From an uncultured archaeon (GTDB taxonomy: Archaea > Thermoproteota > Bathyarchaeia > Bathyarchaeales > Bathycorpusculaceae), in assembly GCA_963782915.1 (NCBI GenBank), contig CAWALK010000012.1, positions 256,001-320,000 on the forward strand: a DNA stretch of 64,000 nucleotides, read 5' to 3'. A program made the position numbers and the translations under genes. Numbering within the stretch: the first letter of the stretch is position 1; the number at the start of each line of letters is the position of its first letter. This document shows positions 1 to 9,289 of this stretch, in pieces. Below the pieces are notes generated by a model. That model was not told the origin of the DNA, made no database searches, and saw only the letters and a list, made by a program, of their open reading frames with translations.

Positions 1-598
1 ATTCGTCGGCATCCAGTGGGCACTGCTGCTATACGCCGTGGATATAGCCGTTATCTTTGCAATGGGCAGAGTCGCCATGAAAGCCATTCCAGGCAAATCA
101 ACAGGGTTAATCATGGAGATGAGCAGCTTCAAGCGACCCTCAATGAAGGTTGTGCTAAAGCAGACATGGACACGCACTAAATCCATCATCTACGTCGTGT
201 TCCCAATCTACATCTTAGGCAGTGCACTCATCCAAGCCCTATACGCTTTAAACGTATTAACGCCGTTGGGCAACGCGTTGGCTCCAGTAACTGTTGGGTG
301 GCTAGGCTTGCCCGTGATTGCTGGGGTGCTGCTCATCTTGGGTACAATTCGCAAAGAATTCGTGCTCGTAGGCGCAGTGGCAATCCTTGGCACCACTAAC
401 TTACTGGTCGGCTTTACCCCCGTGCAGTTAGTTGTTATGGCGCTGGTTGCAATGCTCTATATCCCATGCGTATCCGCCGTGGCTATATTGGGTAAAGAAT
501 TCGGCTGGAAAGCCACGGCAGTGATAACTGCGGCAAACATAGGCGTGGCGCTGTTGGTGGGTGGCTTAGCGTTTCGGCTGCTTTCACTATTCGTTTAA
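1..598 (+). CDS. feoB: Ferrous iron transport protein B, C-terminal part (5' end outside window)
   Basis: Hydrophobic ORF with FeoB gate/C-terminal motifs: LIME..., G.IRKE, LYIPCVSA.A.L.KEFGWK. Confidence 0.85.
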   Translation, partial: FVGIQWALLLYAVDIAVIFAMGRVAMKAIPGKSTGLIMEMSSFKRPSMKVVLKQTWTRTKSIIYVVFPIYILGSALIQALYALNVLTPLGNALAPVTVGWLGLPVIAGVLLILGTIRKEFVLVGAVAILGTTNLLVGFTPVQLVVMALVAMLYIPCVSAVAILGKEFGWKATAVITAANIGVALLVGGLAFRLLSLFV

Positions 599-641
599 TT
601 ATCTTCTTTTTTAGCTTTGCAGCCCTCATTTGTCGACAAAA

Positions 642-917
642 TTATCGATTTGTGAGGCCCATTTTGTTCATAAAATCAAGGATTTGTTTGTACCCTTTTA
701 GGTACTGTTTTCCTTTTTCGGTAAGCCTAAGCGTAGTCTCGTTTTCAATTAAGCCGAGGCGATGAAGCTCAGAAATATAGTTTTTAAATCGGTCAAAAGG
801 CACGTTGATGCGGTTCTGAATCCGCGTTAGCACTATTTTTTCGCTGTTCGCTTCTTCGTTTAGCACTGCCAACAGGTCGCCGTATATTTCCATTTTACTG
901 CGCGGAATCTTTTTCAT
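642..917 (-). CDS. Small winged helix-turn-helix regulator (HTH_45/ArsR-like)
   Basis: RSKMEIY..LL N-terminus and GLI...LTEKG..YL wing motif typical of archaeal wHTH proteins. Confidence 0.8.
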   Translation of the reverse strand: MKKIPRSKMEIYGDLLAVLNEEANSEKIVLTRIQNRINVPFDRFKNYISELHRLGLIENETTLRLTEKGKQYLKGYKQILDFMNKMGLTNR

Positions 918-1616
918 CTATTGGTTTTCCTTTGGATTGTAAAAGGTTCGATAGGCAACTAAAAGAAAAACGGCTAGACCAGCTAAGCGAACAGCCAAGC
1001 CAAACCAACCCAAAAATGTGGTGCTACTTGTAACGAATACGGTCGGTAACACTGCTGTCACTAGCAAAAGACACTGGCTTATTGCAAGGAAAATGAATCC
1101 AATAGGTACCCATAGTTTTGTCAGTTCTGGGTGAGCTCTATAATTTCTTAGTGTGTGGACAATAATGTACGATAAGAATACTATTGTAAGACTTCGAATG
1201 AATAACAGGGCACCTGTATATTGCATCAAATCTGCTTGTGGAGTGTATATCAGTATTAGGGATGAAGCGACGAGAGCAACTATCAAGAGACTGAGGGTTA
1301 GATCCCATAGTAACCGATAAGTTTGTGTTGTTTTTGTAGAAAAATAATAGGTAAGTGCAAGGAATACAAATGCAAATACTCTCGTGAAGTGAGCAAGCCA
1401 TGATAATGCAGCATTATGCAGAAATGGTGTCGTTAACAACATGATAGTAAAAACATAATTTATACCGAGAATGCCAAATCCAAGAGGCAACCCCAGATAC
1501 CTGCCTTGTTTTGTGAGTTGGTATGGTTTTAGCATAAACCTGACAAGGATAAGGCAGGCAATTGCGGAAACGGCCTCAACTGTAATCCTCGCTAAATCGG
1601 TATCCATGCACAACAT
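918..1616 (-). CDS. Polytopic (~7 TM) membrane protein, possible sensor
   Basis: About seven hydrophobic segments; its stop codon directly abuts the ATG of the wHTH gene. Confidence 0.7.
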   Translation of the reverse strand: MLCMDTDLARITVEAVSAIACLILVRFMLKPYQLTKQGRYLGLPLGFGILGINYVFTIMLLTTPFLHNAALSWLAHFTRVFAFVFLALTYYFSTKTTQTYRLLWDLTLSLLIVALVASSLILIYTPQADLMQYTGALLFIRSLTIVFLSYIIVHTLRNYRAHPELTKLWVPIGFIFLAISQCLLLVTAVLPTVFVTSSTTFLGWFGLAVRLAGLAVFLLVAYRTFYNPKENQ

Positions 1617-1709
1617 TTATGCTGCCCTTTTTTTAGTGTTTGCCCTCGTTTTTCTACATCTTTTAGGCTTTATGGCTTAAACAAGCACGATAATTCCACA
1701 TTTTTTTGT

Positions 1710-1730
1710 CTTCACGCAGTGTGCATGAAG
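1710..1730. promoter_or_regulatory. Imperfect palindrome, candidate operator
   Basis: CTTCACGCA-gtg-TGCATGAAG (9-bp arms, 1 mismatch) between divergent genes, directly before a TTAATA TATA-like box. Confidence 0.35.
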
Positions 1731-1790
1731 CTTAATACGAAAAACTATCCACTATGAATTTATCAAATTTAGGAGAGAGAGAAAAAAAGA

Positions 1791-4278
1791 ATGAAATATT
1801 CAACAAAAACTATAGCGATTGTTATCATAACTGCTTTAGCAATCTCAATGTTCACGGGATTTGCAACAGCAGTAGCAGAACCAGAAAGACGCGTTACATA
1901 TGCATACATTGGAGCAACTCCAAATCCAATCGGAATCAACCAAGAAACCCTACTACACATAGGCATTACTCAACAGTACATGGGCGTATACGGCGGCTGG
2001 GATGGACTCACAGTGAAAGTAACAGACCCAGACGGCGAAGTTACAACATTGGGACCTTTCGAGACAGATCCAACTGGCGGAACAGGCAGTATATTTGTCC
2101 CAACCAAAGTAGGCAACTACACATTGCAGACATTCTTCCCTGAACAAATCAACGACATAGCAATCCCAGCAGGCTTCGGTAACCCATTACCCAAAGGCAC
2201 CATAATGCTAGCCAGCAACAGCACAATCCTAACCTTAGCAGTTCAACAGGAGCCAGTACCAATATACCAAGAACACGCATTACCAACAGAATACTGGAGC
2301 AGACCAATCGACACTCAACTGCGCACCTGGACTGTGCTCGCTGGCAACTGGCAGAGAAACCCAGATAACCTTGTGACACAGGGCAACCTTGATGCACCTG
2401 AAACTGCACACATTTTATGGGCAAAGCCACTTGTGCTCGGTGGAATCGTTGGTGCAGAAACAGGCGACAAAACTTGGACAACAGGTGACGCATATCAAGG
2501 ACAATTCAACAGCCCAGTAATCCTAAACGGAGTCTTATACTACAACACATACTCAGTTTCAGACGCAAAAGCCGGCAATCCGAACCAGGGCATCAAAGCA
2601 GTAGACCTACGGAACAGGTGAAGACATCTGGTACAGAAACGGTTCAAGACTAGCTTTTGGACAAATATTATACGTAAACACCATGAACATGCAGGGCGCG
2701 TACGGCTACATTTGGACAACAGAGGGCTCAACTTGGACAGCATACGATGCAGGAAACGGTGACTATGTCTACAAGATGGTAGGCGTACCAAGCGGTGTGA
2801 CAGTTATCGGACCTAACAATGAAATACTCATTTACACAGTCAACAACAAAGGATGGATGACCTGCTGGAACTCTACATCAGTGGTAAACCGAGGACACTG
2901 GAACAATGCATCACAAGCATGGGACTGGGAATTCGGACGCTACTGGAACCCACGCGGCATCACACCAACATTAAACAGCACATGGGATGCATCGAACGGA
3001 TACATGTGGAACGTTACAGTTCAAGCTGGCTTGTCTGGTGCAGCATACGCTAAAATCGGTGACAAACTAGTTGGGCAATCAATCAACCTGAAAAACGTAA
3101 CTACATGGGCAGTAAATCTACACAAAGGACAGGAAGGTCAACTGCTATTCAACGAAGTATGGAATGCACCAAGTGACTGGTTTGATGGCTACCAAACAAT
3201 CAGCCGCATAGCAGGAAGCATCGACAACGGATTAGTCGCTGTTTGGAGCAAAGAAACCCAAAGGGCTTGGGGCTTTAGCACAGACACTGGCAAACTCATG
3301 TGGGGACCAACAAAACCACAGGATTACCTTGACATGTTCGGAATACAATCACTGATAACTGACGGCAAACTGTTTACACAAGGCATGAGCGGCATACTCT
3401 ACGCATACGAGGCAAAGACAGGAAAGCTGCTATACACCTACAAAGCCGACGATACATACAACCAGAATCTCTGGGCAAACCAATGGAACATTAGACCACT
3501 TTTCGTAGCTGCCGGAAAACTATACATGGGCACAGCAGAGCACTCATCAAATGACCCAAGACCGAAAGGCGCAGCATTCTCAGCGATTAACATCACTGAC
3601 GGTACAGAAATTTTCGACGCAAACGGACTCTTCAAACAAACTGAATGGGGCGGCAGAGCTATCATCGGCGACAGCATCATCGCAGCACTAGACACCTATG
3701 ATCAACGTATCTATACCATCGGCAGAGGACCAACGGCCTTGACGGTTGATGCACCTGATGTTTCGATGGAATTAGGTAAGACAGTTGTCATCAGAGGATC
3801 AATAACCGACATTTCAGCAGGCACCAGCGACTACTCTATCGCAGCTCGATTCCCCAACGGTGTACCAGCAGTCTCTGACGAATCACAAACATCCTGGATG
3901 CTCTATGTCTACAAGAACTTTGAGCGACCATCAAACGCTTCAGGTGTACCTATCGAACTCAGCGTTCTAGACACAAACGGTAACTACCGAACAATTGGCA
4001 CAACAACAAGCAATGCAGACGGATTCTTCAACTACAACTGGAAACCAGACATCAACGGAGCCTACACACTCTACGCATCATTTGGCGGAAGCAAAGCATA
4101 CTGGCCATCACACGCAGTAACATCATTCGCAGTCGATCCAGCAGCAGCAACACCCACATCACAACCAGCAATTGAGCAAGCACCAGTAACCACATACATC
4201 GCAGCAGCCGCAGCAGCAATCATAATCGCAATCGTAATCATCGGCGCAATGCTCGCCTTGATGATAAGGAAACGTTAA
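1791..4278 (+). CDS. Secreted, C-terminally anchored PQQ-type beta-propeller surface protein (frameshift near 2615)
   Basis: Signal peptide; repeated A.D..TG..LW propeller motifs; Ig-like C-terminal domain; TM anchor ending RKR. ORFs 1791..2621 and 2683..4278 join at AVDLR/TGEDIW. Confidence 0.8.
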
Positions 4279-4411
4279 AATCGCAAAAAAGGGAAAATCC
4301 TTTTCCCACCCTTTTATTTTAAACCAAAAGTGCAGTATTCTGCGGCTTTAATTATTTAAGGAAAAACTATTGAGAAGCGGTAAATCCAACTTGTACTTTG
4401 ATATGGCATAA

Positions 4412-4486
4412 CTTGTAGAATTCGCCTCAACCCGCCTTCAACCTAAACCAATCGCAGAAGCAAAAAAGCAGTCAACAGCAAAGCCC
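4412..4486 (+). repeat. Dispersed intergenic repeat, partial body copy (G)
   Basis: cttgtagaattcgcctcaacccgccttcaacctaaaccaatcgcagaagcaaaaaagca aligns without gaps to the copies at 22281, 28262, 43421 and 56155. Confidence 0.6.
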
Positions 4487-4592
4487 CTAAGAAGATAATG
4501 AGGATAGGTGGTCAGTTTCTTATTCTTTATACTAAAAACAGAAAGCTACAGGCTAACCTGCAAGCTATTTGTGAAACCAGCTCCAAGCCGTC

Positions 4593-5018
4593 TTAGAGCA
4601 CGTACATTATTAGGTAGAAGATTTCTCCTGAGAGAAACGCAAACCACCAGACACCAAATAGAACCTTCGTTAACTTGCGGTGCCAAACGTTGGGTGCTTT
4701 ACGCTTAATCATCAAGATACCCATGGATAGTACCACAACCTCAAGTGCCATGACTATGACTGCGATTGCGCCATGAACTCCAAAATAAGCCGTTAAAACA
4801 GGCGTAAACTGGATGCCTGAACCCTCAACTTGCCCGCCAAATGAGCGGTAAAGCATGTAGCCAATCGACATTACTAAATCCCAAGTGATGGCTATTGCAC
4901 CTGTGACTGGGTGAAAACGGTTTTTGCCTCTGCCGCTGAGGAATGCGTGGACAAAGAAGAATGCGACTGGGATTAATCCGATTGCTACAACGGTGCTTGC
5001 TAAGGGTGCGAGTGTCAT
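4593..5018 (-). CDS. 4-TM membrane protein with conserved His residues (DUF420-like)
   Basis: Four hydrophobic helices; RFH, VHG and WH motifs. Confidence 0.6.
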   Translation of the reverse strand: MTLAPLASTVVAIGLIPVAFFFVHAFLSGRGKNRFHPVTGAIAITWDLVMSIGYMLYRSFGGQVEGSGIQFTPVLTAYFGVHGAIAVIVMALEVVVLSMGILMIKRKAPNVWHRKLTKVLFGVWWFAFLSGEIFYLIMYVL

Positions 5019-5061
5019 AGTTATGCCTTGTTGAAAGTTGGGGATGGACTAAAGCGGCATA

Positions 5062-5865
5062 TTAGGTTGGCGGTGTCTTCGACGCGATTTTTGCGACAAC
5101 CACGGCACCGGTGAATATGCTGTTATTGATGAATGTTATCTCTTTTCCTGAATCAAGCAGTATGGTTGTGTGGAAGCCTGTTACCTCTTTGATTATGCCC
5201 TCTTCGTTGCGAAATGAGGTAGCCACTCGGTCGCCGACGACATAGGGAAGCCGCGTCTCCAGCTTTGCCTCCGGAGGAAGGATTGCTGTTACGATGACGC
5301 CGCCTGAAGCAATAGCACTGTTAGGGATGGTGATTTGCCCCATATCAGTTCTAATGCGCATAACAAGGGCAGTCATATCCGAGACTTTGCCCGGCATGTT
5401 GTTAACCATGACGTCATCGCCGATTTTGAATTTGTAAGTAGTAAAGACAAGTGCGCCTGAAAGTATGCCGCCGACGAACGTGGAAATGATTATTCCTACT
5501 GTAACGGAGATTATGCCGGCGCTTGCTAGAAGAGCGGGGAGGGTAACGCCGAAGAAGCCTAAGACAACAAATGCTGTGACGGTAAGAGCAACCCCAACTA
5601 GTAAGTATTGGGCGATGGTTGCAGCTTGAACGCCGATATGTGGAGTTAAGAGCCTTTTTACGTGTGTTATTAAGTAAATGGCAACTATCATAAATGCAAA
5701 AACGATAGATATGTCACCCAAGAGGTTGAATGGGTCGGATAGATTTGTTGCTCCAACCACAAAGAGTTCAAAGAAAGCAACCGTGAGCCCTGCTAGCACA
5801 ACTACGGATACGATGAAAACAACCAGTTTCTTTAGCGAAGAAATAACGCCTGCCAACTTAGCCAA
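5062..5865 (-). CDS. MscS-family mechanosensitive channel protein
   Basis: TM helices followed by FKIGDDV.V....GKV..M......IRT.....TIPNS. Confidence 0.8.
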   Translation of the reverse strand: MAKLAGVISSLKKLVVFIVSVVVLAGLTVAFFELFVVGATNLSDPFNLLGDISIVFAFMIVAIYLITHVKRLLTPHIGVQAATIAQYLLVGVALTVTAFVVLGFFGVTLPALLASAGIISVTVGIIISTFVGGILSGALVFTTYKFKIGDDVMVNNMPGKVSDMTALVMRIRTDMGQITIPNSAIASGGVIVTAILPPEAKLETRLPYVVGDRVATSFRNEEGIIKEVTGFHTTILLDSGKEITFINNSIFTGAVVVAKIASKTPPT

Positions 5866-5952
5866 TCCTCAGCAATTAGGTAGCTATCATATTTCATATG
5901 GGTTTTCCCAAAAACGAGAACAATTATATCGAATGCATGTTTAATTTGAAGT

Positions 5953-6072
5953 ATGTCAACTAAAGCTCCGAATTGCCCCTGCCCAAAAAGAGACTGTGTG
6001 CGCCATGGCGACTGCACTGAATGTGTGCGGTATCATAAAGCGAAGAATGAAGACCCCTACTGCGCAAGGTAA
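5953..6072 (+). CDS. 39-aa Cys/His-rich metal-binding microprotein (DUF6485-like); absent from the ORF track
   Basis: Manual translation: MSTKAPNCPCPKRDCVRHGDCTECVRYHKAKNEDPYCAR*. Confidence 0.75.
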   Translation: MSTKAPNCPCPKRDCVRHGDCTECVRYHKAKNEDPYCAR

Positions 6073-6272
6073 TGGGTAAAACAACCTTCTACTTGATCAG
6101 TAACCATGCTATCAAATGAGTAGGTACGTTGCAATTTTTCAACAGCAATATGAGAAATAGCTAAAACGGGATCTCGACTGAAAAATCTACGCTTTGCGTA
6201 TGAGATTCTTGTTCAATTCTCAAAATTTAATAGTATTTGGAATGATTAAAAAGGGAACAGCCGCCAGTTGAA

Positions 6273-7334
6273 TTATTCAGCGTTTACTTGCGTAGCTTTA
6301 GTTTTGGCGGCGGTTTCAATTTTAAGAGTGGGCGGCAGCACAGTATTCACTGAATCCCTCACTGCAACATGTGTAGGTGACATGATTTCGACGCCTGCCC
6401 TCTTGAAGTCGGTAAGTATATTGTTGATGAGGTCACTTTTGATGTTAATGAGCCGGTTTGGTTCATCCGTGTAAGCGTTGATTTCATAAGTTATTGAGTA
6501 GTTGCCAAGGTCTCTAAATAGCACAAACGGTGTTTTGCCATCTGTTTGTACTATACCTTTTGTCTTCTTGGCACTTTCAATGAGCAGTCTTTGCGCTTGA
6601 TCCTTATCGATATCATAACCCAGCGTAACTGGAATATAGATTAGCACCTCTTTTAAGGCACTAAAGTTTCGAATTTCTTTACCCATTACGATTAAATTTG
6701 GAATACTGATGACTTCATCTTTTATGGTTTTTACTCTTGTGAAAAAAATACCTACTTCAATAATGTCGCCGTAGCTATCACCGATTTGTACACGGTCGCC
6801 AACTTTGAACTCGTTGGTTCCACCCAGAATAGCATAACCTAGCACGTTTCCTAGAACACTCGATGAGAAAAGCCCTAAGATGAAGGTTAAACCAATAACC
6901 AAACTATTTCCAAGAAGACCTGCAACCCATGTACCTATGGTGGCGTATGCCCAGATTAGAACAAGAGCTATACCACCTAAAACGTAAACCAAGTAGGTTA
7001 AGTATCTAACCAGGGATTTGTTTGTTTTTTGTACAGATTCTCGGCCGCGAACTATTTTTCCCAGTGCAGGAGAAAAAGAAATTATTGTTGCGGGGATAAT
7101 CATTTTTCTTGAAATCGCCAAAAAGAACCAGACAATGCCAGAAAAAATGATTTTCTGTATAACGCCATAAATAGTCAGTTGCATGGTTTCATCACCGAAG
7201 TACGCAAAAGAACCTAATCGGTAGGCTACTTCGAGTATGATAAAGAAAATGATTATTGCGCCAATTCGTACCGCTGCCCATCCGATGTATTCGCTAATGA
7301 TGGATGTGCGTGTTTTCTGCTGGGTCTTCTGCAA
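6273..7334 (-). CDS. MscS-family small-conductance mechanosensitive channel
   Basis: FKVGDRVQIG...GDI.EVG.F.TRVKT...EVISIPN plus C-terminal domain (F.DLGNYSITYE). Confidence 0.9.
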   Translation of the reverse strand: MQKTQQKTRTSIISEYIGWAAVRIGAIIIFFIILEVAYRLGSFAYFGDETMQLTIYGVIQKIIFSGIVWFFLAISRKMIIPATIISFSPALGKIVRGRESVQKTNKSLVRYLTYLVYVLGGIALVLIWAYATIGTWVAGLLGNSLVIGLTFILGLFSSSVLGNVLGYAILGGTNEFKVGDRVQIGDSYGDIIEVGIFFTRVKTIKDEVISIPNLIVMGKEIRNFSALKEVLIYIPVTLGYDIDKDQAQRLLIESAKKTKGIVQTDGKTPFVLFRDLGNYSITYEINAYTDEPNRLINIKSDLINNILTDFKRAGVEIMSPTHVAVRDSVNTVLPPTLKIETAAKTKATQVNAE

Positions 7335-7456
7335 TTGATTAGCCCTCGAACGGTTAGAGACTCAATGGTTTGGTTATATAAATTTTTCATCAATACTGGG
7401 CAAACGATTCCGGCTGGATTGTCTTATAGCAAATTTTATTTACTCGCCACCACTAA

Positions 7457-7858
7457 TTGTATAGTGGAGTTTTTGGTCACTTGTTTATCGCGAACAAGCC
7501 GTCCATTCTAATCATTGATGATGACCTAGCTATACTAAGAGTGTTCTCGCGGATTTTCCAGAAAAACGGCTACTCCGTTACAGTTGCAACTAAGGGTACA
7601 GAAGCATTAGAGAAGCTGAGCCTTAACCGTTTTGATGTGGCATTGATTGATTTCTGTTTGCCGGACATGGAAGGCACTGAGCTTTTTCCGGCAATCGAGC
7701 ATTCTTCGCCAGATGCAGTCAAAATTATGTTGACTGGCAAAACGTTTGGACAGGGATGTATTGAGGGTTTGGATGCCCTTTTGGGTAAGCCGATTCAACC
7801 TGATAAACTGTTAAGCCTAATCGATAGTAAATTGAAGAACAAGAACATAGAAAGTTAA
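7457..7858 (+). CDS. Stand-alone response regulator receiver protein
   Basis: ILIIDDD, LIDFCLPDMEG, MLTG and KP motifs. Confidence 0.85.
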   Translation: MYSGVFGHLFIANKPSILIIDDDLAILRVFSRIFQKNGYSVTVATKGTEALEKLSLNRFDVALIDFCLPDMEGTELFPAIEHSSPDAVKIMLTGKTFGQGCIEGLDALLGKPIQPDKLLSLIDSKLKNKNIES

Positions 7859-8148
7859 CGGTTCATTCTTTGGCGTTTTCGGGTTCTTTTTTGGGTTGTT
7901 TCTAGCAGTTGCTCCACAGTTGAGAACCCTGTTAAGTGGATTTGGCTTGTGCATTTGTTGCAGCGTAAGACGACTTCTTCTAAACCGATGCTGTTTATGT
8001 TTATGTCAAGTATGTTGTAGGCTTCGTTTGAGTTGTCGTCCGGTGAGATTTTTGATCCGCAGTGTGGGCATGGGAAAGCTCCTTTCGTATCCATTGCTGA
8101 TAGGCTGATTTTGTAGGCGGTTATTTGTTTGGCTTGTTTTGGTTTCAT
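7855..8148 (-). CDS. Zinc-ribbon protein (CPHCG...CNKC)
   Basis: Two CxxC pairs and ISPDD motif; likely start is the ATG at 8148 after a GGGG SD-like run. Confidence 0.7.
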   Translation of the reverse strand: MKPKQAKQITAYKISLSAMDTKGAFPCPHCGSKISPDDNSNEAYNILDININSIGLEEVVLRCNKCTSQIHLTGFSTVEQLLETTQKRTRKRQRMNR

Positions 8149-8420
8149 ATTGTTTCCCCCTTGTTTGGTTAGTTTTCTGCGGGAAAATATTAATCCCTTT
8201 ACCCAAATTAGACCAAGATTGGTTGAACCCATAGTGAAACCAAAAAGAGTCGAAGATTATTCAAGGCTTAATGGAAAATAAAGGAGAAAAGCCAGCTTAA
8301 TCAAAAACTAAAATTTATGAAAAACTCGTCAACATAAAAACCTCAGACCCCGACCCAGCAGTACCCAAAATAGATTGCTCCAGCACAGAGGACTGAAAGG
8401 GAACAGCCAAAATGGCGAAC

Positions 8421-8645
8421 TTACGATTGCTGAAGCTGCTTTTTACGAAGTTCCCGTTGCTGCTGCAGAATAGCAGTAGCTATAGTAGCCAAGAAAATCA
8501 CGGCAAACGCAAAGATAGCGATGCCAATTTTGTAGCTAAAATCAATATCTGCATAGAAAAGCGCAAGCATCGTAACCAGCATCAATGCTAAGACAAGTGC
8601 TTCTTGAATGGTGCCGAAGACTTTGTTGAGGTTTCCAAAACTCAA
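8421..8645 (-). CDS. Small 2-TM membrane protein
   Basis: Two hydrophobic helices and a polar C-terminal tail. Confidence 0.6.
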   Translation of the reverse strand: MSFGNLNKVFGTIQEALVLALMLVTMLALFYADIDFSYKIGIAIFAFAVIFLATIATAILQQQRELRKKQLQQS

Positions 8646-8836
8646 TTTTACACACCGTTATCTGGTTGTGCTCATGCGTGGGATATTAATTTTCTGTTAT
8701 AAAGCAGGGGTTAGTCAGGATATTTTCAAAACAGAAACCCAAAACACAAGAGATACTAATCGGTCCCCTTTGCGGTTTCGGGGTATTGATTTATGAAAAT
8801 TGTAAAATAATAGAAACTGGGGGTTTAGCAGCAGAT

Positions 8837-9289
8837 TTAGAGGCTGTTTGTAGATACTTCTTTCACTCGGCTCTCGATGAATTCGGCGACTTTCTCTTCA
8901 CTGAATTTCCGTTCGTTCTCTTGGTCATAGATTTGCTGTTTAACGGTAGCGAGTAGTTTTTCAACGTCAACTGGTTTAAGTAGGTATGCGTCTGCGTTCT
9001 TGTTTAAGGCTGATATGGCGTTTTGCATTGAGGGGTAACCTGTGACCATTATTTTGCGTGTTCTTGGGACGCTGTCTTTGAGGAGTTTTAACAGTTCGAC
9101 TCCTTCCATGTCGGGCAATCTGATGTCGAGTAATGCAACGTTATAGTTTTTCTCTGTCGTCTTCTGAATTGCCTCTTTACCTGTAGCTGCCAAATCAACT
9201 AGGTAACCTTCGTCCTGAAGGATAGCTTTCATTGTTGTGCGGATTGTTTCGTCGTCGTCGACAACGAGGATTCTGGGATGCTTATCCAT
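8837..9289 (-). CDS. Response regulator (receiver domain with short tail)
   Basis: ILVVDDD, LLDIRLPDMEG, MVTGY and LKP motifs. Confidence 0.9.
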   Translation of the reverse strand: MDKHPRILVVDDDETIRTTMKAILQDEGYLVDLAATGKEAIQKTTEKNYNVALLDIRLPDMEGVELLKLLKDSVPRTRKIMVTGYPSMQNAISALNKNADAYLLKPVDVEKLLATVKQQIYDQENERKFSEEKVAEFIESRVKEVSTNSL

